From: Bacteroidota bacterium
GTDB taxonomy: Bacteria > Bacteroidota > Bacteroidia > Chitinophagales > Chitinophagaceae
NCBI GenBank assembly: GCA_005789565.1
Contig: SXXL01000016.1
Span: forward strand, 4,745 to 68,744
Direction of reading: 5' to 3'
DNA length: 64,000 bases
Part shown: positions 45,925 to 52,676 of the stretch, piece by piece
Layout: each line of letters begins with the position of its first letter
Position numbering within the stretch: the stretch's first letter is position 1
Made by a program: the position numbers and the translations under genes
The notes under the pieces: generated by a model
Databases searched by the model: none
Told to the model about the DNA's origin: nothing
Seen by the model: the letters and a program-made list of their open reading frames with translations, nothing else

Positions 45925-45990
45925 GCTCGGCCCTCTCCAAACCTTCCCCCCATGGGAGAGTCGGGGTGGGGCCCACGGTGGACGCTATTC
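45925..45990. repeat. C/G-tract intergenic repeat, copy 2 (same orientation as copy 1)
   Basis: GGCCCTCTCCAAACCTTCCCCCCATGGGAGAGTCGGGGTGGGGC...GCTATTCG aligns with copy 1 by eye. Confidence 0.65.
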
Positions 45991-46033
45991 GATATTACCC
46001 AGGTTGTATACGTGTATTATCTTTATAGTCGCC

Positions 46034-46444
46034 ATGTTATCCGTTCTCATTCGTTTGTTGAAGTTTTTTCTGCTGGTGTTGCTGGGACTTGGACTCATTC
46101 TTCTTGCCAGTACGATGCAGCCGGTGCCCCCTCCGCCGGCAGGCGAGTATCACTATTCGAGCTTTCTGCGATATAATTATACCTGGCTGACGGGTACGCT
46201 GTTTCTGCTATCGGGACTAGCCATCGGCTACCGTTTCCATCCAAACCCCTGGCGTACCGGAATTGCAATGATTTTTATTTTCCCCCTGGCCGCTATGTAC
46301 GAAGCCACCCGCTACCGCGGGAGTCATAACCTGATCCCGCTTGAAATGATCATCTATTTCCTCTTCTCCCTACCCGCCATCGCTGGCCTTTATACAGGGA
46401 AATGGTTGGCGCAACGGTTAAAAAGTAGTTGGCGGAGCGCCTAA
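46034..46444 (+). CDS. Hypothetical membrane protein
   Basis: The ATG at 46034 (MLSVLIRLLKFFLLVLLGLG...) excludes the repeat-derived upstream extension. About four TM segments. Confidence 0.45.
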   Translation: MLSVLIRLLKFFLLVLLGLGLILLASTMQPVPPPPAGEYHYSSFLRYNYTWLTGTLFLLSGLAIGYRFHPNPWRTGIAMIFIFPLAAMYEATRYRGSHNLIPLEMIIYFLFSLPAIAGLYTGKWLAQRLKSSWRSA

Positions 46445-46501
46445 AGCCCCCTGTTTTTTTGATTAAAAAGGCACTTTAGACCGATTGTTTTCACCGGGTA
46501 G

Positions 46502-46521
46502 GGTTGCCTGAACAGGCAACC
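46502..46521. promoter_or_regulatory. Perfect 20-bp palindrome, candidate toxin-antitoxin operator
   Basis: GGTTGCCTG-AA-CAGGCAACC ends 8 nt upstream of the toxin ATG at 46530. Confidence 0.5.
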
Positions 46522-46529
46522 TTTGGGAA

Positions 46530-46868
46530 ATGAATCGTACTTTTGTTTACTGGGGAGATTATTTTGAGGATTTCATGCGCAAGATTGATCCTGACGTGAG
46601 AGAAAAGGTCTTTTGGATCATGAGAGTTATTCAATCGAGCGACCGAATACCTTCGAAATATTTCAAGCATCTTTCGGGTACAGATGGACTTTTTGAAATG
46701 CGGATTGAGTGGGAAGGAAGCATTTTTAGGATATTTTGCTTTTTTGAGCCCAATTATCAAATTGTACTTTGTAATGGATTTATCAAGAAAACAAATAAAA
46801 CGCCCCAAGGTGAAATTCAAAAGGCAATTAAAATCATGAAAGAATATTATGAAGCAAAAGCAAAATAA
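46530..46868 (+). CDS. Type II toxin, RelE/ParE superfamily (phage Gp49-like / HigB-like)
   Basis: 112 aa. Contains HLSGTDGLFEMRIEWEGSIFRIFCFF...IVLCNGFIKKTNKTP, typical of the Gp49/DUF891 family. Overlaps the antitoxin gene by 20 nt. Confidence 0.8.
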   Translation: MNRTFVYWGDYFEDFMRKIDPDVREKVFWIMRVIQSSDRIPSKYFKHLSGTDGLFEMRIEWEGSIFRIFCFFEPNYQIVLCNGFIKKTNKTPQGEIQKAIKIMKEYYEAKAK

Positions 46869-47154
46869 ACTTCGTTCTTTGGAGTCTTTGATTGATAAGA
46901 CCTATGGTCCCAAGGGATCGTCTCGACGCAATCAATTTGAAATTGGATTTGAAGCATTCAAGCTCGGCTACTTGCTGGAGCAGGCACGCACCAAACGAGG
47001 CCTAACGCAAGAAGAGTTGGCTCAAAAATGCGGTACAAATAAGTCTTATATTTCACGAATTGAAAATGATGCATCCGATATCAAACTTTCAACCCTGATC
47101 AAGATCGTTACTAACGGTTTAGGTGGCCAACTCAAACTGATCATTCCTAAATAA
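46849..47154 (+). CDS. XRE-family HTH antitoxin (HigA-like)
   Basis: 101 aa. HTH is LTQEELAQKCGTNKSYISRIENDASDIKLSTLIKI. Confidence 0.8.
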   Translation: MKQKQNKLRSLESLIDKTYGPKGSSRRNQFEIGFEAFKLGYLLEQARTKRGLTQEELAQKCGTNKSYISRIENDASDIKLSTLIKIVTNGLGGQLKLIIPK

Positions 47155-47163
47155 CCATTTGTT

Positions 47164-47619
47164 ATGTCCATGAAACCTGAGTCGATCGCTGATTATCTCG
47201 TGGCGCTGCCGGCGGACCGGCGACAGGCCCTGGAAGCCCTGCGAACCATCTTCCGAAAAAATTTACCAAAAGGATTTCAGGAAGAAATGAACTACGGAAT
47301 GATCGGCTATGTAGTGCCGCATACACTTTATCCAAAGGGATATCATTGTAAGCCCACAGATCCGCTACCATTCATTCATATCGCCTCGCAAAAGAATTTC
47401 ATCGCGGTGTATCATATGGGACTCTATGCCGATCCTGATCTGATGAAATGGTTCACCCAGGCGTTTCCGAAACATAGCACACAGAAATTGGATATGGGAA
47501 AAAGCTGTATCCGATTCAAGAAGCCGGATCAGATCCCCTTTAAACTGATCGGGGAACTCGCCTCGAAGATGACCCCGAAGCAGTGGATACAATTATACGA
47601 GAAGGCTTTTCGGAAATGA
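47164..47619 (+). CDS. DUF1801 (YdhG-like) domain protein
   Basis: 151 aa. Start is SIADYLVALPADRRQALEALRTIF, with a family-like remainder. Confidence 0.7.
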   Translation: MSMKPESIADYLVALPADRRQALEALRTIFRKNLPKGFQEEMNYGMIGYVVPHTLYPKGYHCKPTDPLPFIHIASQKNFIAVYHMGLYADPDLMKWFTQAFPKHSTQKLDMGKSCIRFKKPDQIPFKLIGELASKMTPKQWIQLYEKAFRK

Positions 47620-47637
47620 TCATCCGAGCTGGCCGGA

Positions 47638-48483
47638 TCAAGCGATGGGTTCCGGAAAAAATCCCTTCACGCCTGCCCTATCCCGTTGCAGCCAATTCTG
47701 TTGCGGGTATACACTGTTTCGATCGATGGTGTGAATGGCATAGGCCTGGCGCGAGCGACCACTGGTATTGGGCAAACTGTAATGCGGCAACAATCCGTCA
47801 AGCACGATGCAAGCTCCTTTTTTAACTTCTAGGGGGATCATCCCTTCGGTGGAATAGTCCATCTCATTGAGCGTGATGAACTCCGTGCCGGCACCCTCTT
47901 TCCGACGGAACCAGTTGCGCAGCGGCGTTTTATGTCCGCCGGGTTTAGCCCACATACATCCGTTTTCGATGGTAGCATCCTCTAGTGCGAACCAGAAGCC
48001 GATACAGGAATGTGGTTCGGTGTATAGAAAAGAAGCATCCTGGTGAATATCGACCACGCCGCCGATGCGTGCGTGTTTGAAGATCATCATGCTTTGAATG
48101 AGCAGATGATCGGTGAGTCCCAGTTCGGTCACCAGATCCTGCATCTGGGGTGCGCGGGAAAAAGCATGGAAGACCGGATCGAGGTCGTGCAGCGCATGAC
48201 CGATCTTGTTGAGGGACCGATACAGATCATTCTTCAAGTTTCCTTCCGGGTCAAAAGCATCTTTTTCAAAGAAAAAGGAGATGCGGTCGCCTGATTCCAG
48301 AAAATACGCATCGCTGGTCCGCGCCTGCTCAGAGGTTTGAAATACAGAGGCGGGTCCCTTCAGCTGAAACGTCGAGGCCAACGCTACCGCCCGGTGCATG
48401 AGGGCATCGCAGGCTTCGGCCGACTGAAAATTTTCCAGCACCAGAAATCCGTCTCGCTCGAATTGCTTTTTCCGATCGGTCAA
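47638..48483 (-). CDS. Phytanoyl-CoA dioxygenase (PhyH) family Fe(II)/2-oxoglutarate oxygenase
   Basis: 281 aa with an apparent TTG start. FERDGFLVLENF start and an HQD...H metal triad context. Confidence 0.75.
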   Translation of the reverse strand: MTDRKKQFERDGFLVLENFQSAEACDALMHRAVALASTFQLKGPASVFQTSEQARTSDAYFLESGDRISFFFEKDAFDPEGNLKNDLYRSLNKIGHALHDLDPVFHAFSRAPQMQDLVTELGLTDHLLIQSMMIFKHARIGGVVDIHQDASFLYTEPHSCIGFWFALEDATIENGCMWAKPGGHKTPLRNWFRRKEGAGTEFITLNEMDYSTEGMIPLEVKKGACIVLDGLLPHYSLPNTSGRSRQAYAIHTIDRNSVYPQQNWLQRDRAGVKGFFPEPIA

Positions 48484-48545
48484 GAGGTAAGTTTTGGTTA
48501 AGGTAGGTAATATTTGGGATGTGGAATCAGCGGTCAGCGGACGGA

Positions 48546-49658
48546 TTATCGGGCCGGGGAGGCTGTCAGTACCTTAACATCTTTTCCAAATCTGCCGAGC
48601 AGGAAGGCCAGTTCGGAGTTGCGGTCGGTGATGTTCTTTTTTTCAGGTGTTTCTTCGCTCAGCCGAAGCCGCAGGCTGATCACCAGGGTTTGCTTGTCTT
48701 TGTCCTCCCGTACGATGCGCTGGCTCGGATGCAGTCGCAAGCGTTTCACATAACTCGCCGCCCATTTCTGAAAGGCGATCTCGATCTCATACAATTTTTC
48801 TTTCTCGTCGTGGATCCAAACCCCGAGTGAATCCCGCAATTTATTCGTCAAGCCCAGTTTTTGCTCCATCTCGGCGCGATCGAATGTGATGATATTTCCT
48901 TGCTCATCTTCGGAGACCATTACGTTCAGCCGATGGATCTGATCGATGCGATAACTCAGCACCTTACTCCCATTCATCGGAAAGGCATTCAGATAATAGA
49001 AGTGTTCGTAGTAACGGATATTCAGGGGGGCGACCTGTTGCATGGTCAGGTTTTCCACCTTGCTGTTGTACACATTCACGCCGGTATAATTGAACTCAAT
49101 GGCCTGCCCGAGGTGAATATGCGATAAAATCTTGATCACGCATTGGATGACCTTCGACTCAAACTCCGGGTGTTGTGCGTCGTACATCACCGGACCTGTC
49201 TGGAATATGGCAGACCGACTTTCCATCTCGGCTTCCGATATATTGAATATCTCCGGCAACTGATACAAGATCTTCTGCACGGCCGGGATGGAATCAAATC
49301 GTCTCAAGATCCCTGCCAAAAAGGGAAGCGTGAAACGCTCCTCCTCGTCCAAGTCCCCAAACTCGGGAAGCTCCGTATCCGCGGCCCAATTATATACCTT
49401 GTGCTTGAACACTACCTTAAAGAGCTTTCCTCGCGTCTTGGCCGGCAGGTCCTGCTTGCTGTGGTCGAAATCCCCCTCGCGCAACCGTTCAATACAGGCC
49501 TGCAAGGTTCGTAACCCGATCGGGTCCAGGCCCCGCTCCTCCAACCCCTCATTCACGTGCGCATGCATCTCCTGCAACGTGCCGCCCCCGGCCGATAAAA
49601 ATGCGCAGACCTGTCGGATCCGCTGCGTATCGATGTGTTTTTGATTTTTTATGGGCAT
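48546..49658 (-). CDS. WYL domain-containing transcriptional regulator (HTH-WYL-WCX architecture)
   Basis: N-terminal HTH-like segment (RIRQVCAFLSAGGGTLQEMHAHV...GLRTLQACIERLREG). Central WYL-like segment (APLNIRYYEHFYYLNAFPMNGSKVLSYRIDQIHRLNV). About 100-aa C-terminal extension. The start is either the ATG at 49658 (preferred) or the ATG at 49688, which lies inside the operator palindrome. Confidence 0.75.
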   Translation of the reverse strand: MPIKNQKHIDTQRIRQVCAFLSAGGGTLQEMHAHVNEGLEERGLDPIGLRTLQACIERLREGDFDHSKQDLPAKTRGKLFKVVFKHKVYNWAADTELPEFGDLDEEERFTLPFLAGILRRFDSIPAVQKILYQLPEIFNISEAEMESRSAIFQTGPVMYDAQHPEFESKVIQCVIKILSHIHLGQAIEFNYTGVNVYNSKVENLTMQQVAPLNIRYYEHFYYLNAFPMNGSKVLSYRIDQIHRLNVMVSEDEQGNIITFDRAEMEQKLGLTNKLRDSLGVWIHDEKEKLYEIEIAFQKWAASYVKRLRLHPSQRIVREDKDKQTLVISLRLRLSEETPEKKNITDRNSELAFLLGRFGKDVKVLTASPAR

Positions 49659-49661
49659 TCC

Positions 49662-49714
49662 CAAACATACGAAAATTCTACGCAACATAATTGCGTAGCA
49701 CCACGCTATGTTTG
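49662..49714. promoter_or_regulatory. Symmetric divergent promoter/operator: two outward-facing TATGTTTG boxes flanking an 8-5-8 inverted repeat
   Basis: CAAACATA at 49662-49669 (TATGTTTG on the minus strand), an 8-nt gap, CTACGCAA-CATAA-TTGCGTAG at 49678-49698, an 8-nt gap, and TATGTTTG at 49707-49714. TAnnTTTG is the Bacteroidota -7 consensus. Confidence 0.5.
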
Positions 49715-49739
49715 TCCTGTCAACAAAAAACCAATACGT

Positions 49740-50159
49740 ATGAAATGGTATCCGTTAGATGAATCCGAGGAAAAACCCATGGAGAATGAAATGCTCTGGA
49801 CCTCGTTGGCGCTTCAGGGGCAGGAGGTAGAGGGTCAGACCCTGGTTCATTGTAAGTATGTGTCGAAGGATAAATACAAGAACGGGGGTTGGGTGAACAT
49901 CTATAAGACCACCTTTTTGGTGAATCCGGACACGAGGGACATGTTGGCGATGGCGCAGGCCTTTCAGGTGCCGGTGAGTCCGGCCAAGCATTTCTTCCAG
50001 GAGGCTGGGCAGCTGAAGCAGTTCACCTTGCTATTTCCGCGCATACCCAAGCATTGGAAGCGGTTTCATTTGTTGGAGGTGGCGGATAAGGGGGGTGGAT
50101 TCAGGGTGTCGGACATCGCGCGCAATGACAAGGGCGTGTATCACGTTGAATTATCGTAA
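49740..50159 (+). CDS. Hypothetical protein (cassette gene 1, 139 aa)
   Basis: The ATG at 49740 lies 25 nt downstream of the plus-strand TATGTTTG box. No motif recognised. Confidence 0.5.
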   Translation: MKWYPLDESEEKPMENEMLWTSLALQGQEVEGQTLVHCKYVSKDKYKNGGWVNIYKTTFLVNPDTRDMLAMAQAFQVPVSPAKHFFQEAGQLKQFTLLFPRIPKHWKRFHLLEVADKGGGFRVSDIARNDKGVYHVELS

Positions 50160-50174
50160 ACAACAACCATCTAT

Positions 50175-50642
50175 ATGTTAAGCACATCTGAATGGCGGTC
50201 GCAGCTCGATCGTCTCTTGCTCGAACTTCCCGAGTCGTTTCGGGCAGATCTCTCCATCCAATTTGGTTATTGCAGTCCCTTGCACGGGGTCATCGATGTG
50301 GTGATCAGCCGGGGCGATCAGTGTATGGCATTGGGACGATTTCGTCCGGTTTCCGAAAATGGTCCGGGTGCGTTTGGCGATCGGTTCCGGATGGCCATGG
50401 GGTATCCGGCCGACACCTGGTATCTGTTCGATTTCGATGGGGAGCGCCTGGTGATCAACGATCTGAGCCTGACCGATCCGATGGATGAGTTTCCCGATTC
50501 AATCGAGAACGGATTCCGGCGGCTGTGCACCTTGCCGGCCGATTGGCGGGAGGAGCAGAAGACCCTGGGCGACATGAAACGATTTCTCGAAGCCATGCGC
50601 TACCTCATTGATGAGGAAGCGATCCTTAACCCTGTAAAATAA
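50175..50642 (+). CDS. Hypothetical protein (cassette gene 2, 155 aa)
   Basis: Starts 15 nt after gene 1. Only a weak SMI1/KNR4 (SUKH)-like N-terminal pattern (WRSQLDRLLLELPESFRADLSIQFGY). Confidence 0.5.
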   Translation: MLSTSEWRSQLDRLLLELPESFRADLSIQFGYCSPLHGVIDVVISRGDQCMALGRFRPVSENGPGAFGDRFRMAMGYPADTWYLFDFDGERLVINDLSLTDPMDEFPDSIENGFRRLCTLPADWREEQKTLGDMKRFLEAMRYLIDEEAILNPVK

Positions 50643-50647
50643 TACAC

Positions 50648-51847
50648 ATGAATACTATCAAGATCCTTCTCCAGGAAGTGAATTCCATCGGCTTCTGGGG
50701 ACGACTGTTCGGATGGAGACGCATCAAAAAAATGTTGGCGGAATCCTTTTCGGAATTGCAGATGTTAATCGACAACCGGGATCAGCACCAGTATGATCTC
50801 GAGCTTTGCCGACGCGAGCTGAACCAGACCCAGATGCTCTATCAAGCTTCTGCGCGCCGGGTGACCGACCTGGAGCGAGACAAGGATGTGTTTGAGGTAC
50901 AGTTGCGTGAGCTACGGGAAAAGCTTCGCGAGAAGGATAAGGATATCCTGGAACTGAAAAAGGATATCGAGTCGAAAAGCGATCAACAAAGCCAGTCGAT
51001 CCAGATGCTGCACGCGTTCAAGAATGAGGTAATGGAGGAGCGTCGTCGCGAGCGCGAGGCCAAACAGGCGGAGGAGTTGGCTAAATTGGAGAACCAGCGA
51101 GAGACTTGGAAGCGGCATGAAAACGAAACGAAGGAGCGCCTCAAGTCGGTCTGTCAGAAGCATACGATCGAATATGTCGAGGAAGTGCCGTTCAAGGGGG
51201 ACCCTGACAATGCGATCCGAATCTGCGAGGAGTTTATCTTATTGGATTCGAAGAGTCCGTTTGGCGACGACCTCAGCAACTTCCCTTCGTATTTGAAATC
51301 ACAGGCCGATAAGGCGGTGAAGTACACCAAGCAGAAGGGCGTGAAGAAGGACATCTACTTCGTGGTGCCCTCCAATACCATCGAGCACCTGGAACAGTTC
51401 GTGTATCCGCATGCCGACTATGATGTTTACATCATCGCGGCCGATGCGATCGAGCCGGTATTGCTGAGTTTAAAAAAGATCGAGGAATATGAGTTTGCAG
51501 AAGAGCTGACCCCGGATCAGCGAGCGAATATTTGTCGTGTGATCGGCCGTTTTGCACACCTTGCCAAGCGCCGGATCCAGGTCGATAACTTCTTTGCGAC
51601 GCAGAGTATTGAGCTAGCCTATACTTGCGAGAATTATTTACCGGCAGATATTATGGAACAAGTCAAGGATTATGAGCGTTCCGAGAAGCTGAATCCTCCC
51701 ATGGAGCGGCGGACCAAGAGCATTCCCATCGCTGAGATCGAAAAGGATACGAAGAAAGTGAAGCGGGAGGCGGAGGGTAGAGGCGTGTTGATCGATCCGC
51801 AGGTGCTATCGGATAACATTGGCGGGTTGCCGTTGCATCGGGAGTAA
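50648..51847 (+). CDS. Coiled-coil protein with an RmuC-like / PD-(D/E)xK nuclease-like C-terminal region (cassette gene 3, 399 aa)
   Basis: Starts 5 nt after gene 2. Residues about 35-175 are a highly charged heptad-like coiled coil. It is followed by GDPDNAIRICEEFILLDSKSPF...DIYFVVPSN, which resembles the RmuC PD...IDxK...FIPxE layout. The CDS itself is confident; the function call is not. Confidence 0.5.
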   Translation: MNTIKILLQEVNSIGFWGRLFGWRRIKKMLAESFSELQMLIDNRDQHQYDLELCRRELNQTQMLYQASARRVTDLERDKDVFEVQLRELREKLREKDKDILELKKDIESKSDQQSQSIQMLHAFKNEVMEERRREREAKQAEELAKLENQRETWKRHENETKERLKSVCQKHTIEYVEEVPFKGDPDNAIRICEEFILLDSKSPFGDDLSNFPSYLKSQADKAVKYTKQKGVKKDIYFVVPSNTIEHLEQFVYPHADYDVYIIAADAIEPVLLSLKKIEEYEFAEELTPDQRANICRVIGRFAHLAKRRIQVDNFFATQSIELAYTCENYLPADIMEQVKDYERSEKLNPPMERRTKSIPIAEIEKDTKKVKREAEGRGVLIDPQVLSDNIGGLPLHRE

Positions 51848-51855
51848 GGAGGGTG

Positions 51856-51916
51856 GACGGGTAAGTGGTAAAGGCGAATTAAAAGCCCTGAATTTACCCG
51901 TCATCTTCTTATTTTT
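51856..51916 (+). terminator. Possible weak terminator/attenuator between cassette genes 3 and 4
   Basis: GACGGGTAA-N29-TTACCCGTC is followed by the T-rich ATCTTCTTATTTTT. The large loop makes this uncertain. Confidence 0.25.
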
Positions 51917-51965
51917 AGATGGATCATCGGGCGGTAGCCGGGTGCATGAAAAAGTCACCGTTGAA

Positions 51966-52397
51966 ATGAAAAAACTTTCTTTTCTCCTCTCGTTCGTTCT
52001 ACTCAGTCTCTGCTGTTTTGCGCAGAGCCGGTATATATCGCCTACCACCAAGAAGATCGTTTATGCCCGGGACGGCGGGAAGTGTCGGTGTTGCGGCAGC
52101 TCGTTGAATCTGGAATACGATCATATCATCCCGTATTCCTGCGGGGGTCGCAGCGATCGTTCCAATATCCAGTTGCTTTGTCGTTCCTGCAACCGTAGCA
52201 AATCGAACAGTTGCTTTTGCAAGATCCACGACCGAAAAGTAGGCAGTAACTGTTGTGATGGGAAGTCTTCGAAGGTTGCCGCATCGCCTTCTGCCCGGCT
52301 CTCCACTGCCCGTCAATGTTCCGGTACTACGAAGAAGGGAGCGCGTTGCCGAAACCGAACGACCAGCATCAGCGGACGATGTTATCAACACGATTAA
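51966..52397 (+). CDS. HNH endonuclease with an N-terminal signal-peptide-like segment and a Cys-rich C-terminal tail (cassette gene 4, 143 aa)
   Basis: N-terminus is MKKLSFLLSFVLLSLCCFAQS. The HNH core is RDGGKCRCCGSSLNLEYDHIIPYSCGGRSDRSNIQLLCRSCNRSKSN. The tail is QCSGTTKKGARCRNRTTSISGRCYQHD. No in-frame ATG, GTG or TTG lies between 51966 and the HNH core. Confidence 0.8.
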   Translation: MKKLSFLLSFVLLSLCCFAQSRYISPTTKKIVYARDGGKCRCCGSSLNLEYDHIIPYSCGGRSDRSNIQLLCRSCNRSKSNSCFCKIHDRKVGSNCCDGKSSKVAASPSARLSTARQCSGTTKKGARCRNRTTSISGRCYQHD

Positions 52398-52420
52398 GAA
52401 ACCAGTAAACGGACATCCCA

Positions 52421-52648
52421 ATGAGTAATTTTTTATTTGCCATCGATGAAAAGGCGGAGGCGGTGTTGGTATCGGCTTCGCCCAAGGGAAGCACCCAAAT
52501 TAAATTCATCGAGCGCATCGCCCGGAAGCAAAATGAGGTGCTTTTTCAGGCGGTGGTGACGCTGACCTGTATGGCAAAGTCAGCCGACCTCGACGAAAAG
52601 ATCTTCAAGGCGATGGACAAAGTTTGTCAGCTGTTGTATGGTAAGTAA
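52421..52648 (+). CDS. Hypothetical small protein (cassette gene 5, 75 aa)
   Basis: The ATG lies 23 nt after the HNH gene stop. No motif recognised. Confidence 0.45.
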   Translation: MSNFLFAIDEKAEAVLVSASPKGSTQIKFIERIARKQNEVLFQAVVTLTCMAKSADLDEKIFKAMDKVCQLLYGK

Positions 52649-52676
52649 AAGTCCATAACATTGTAATTCTTTACGC

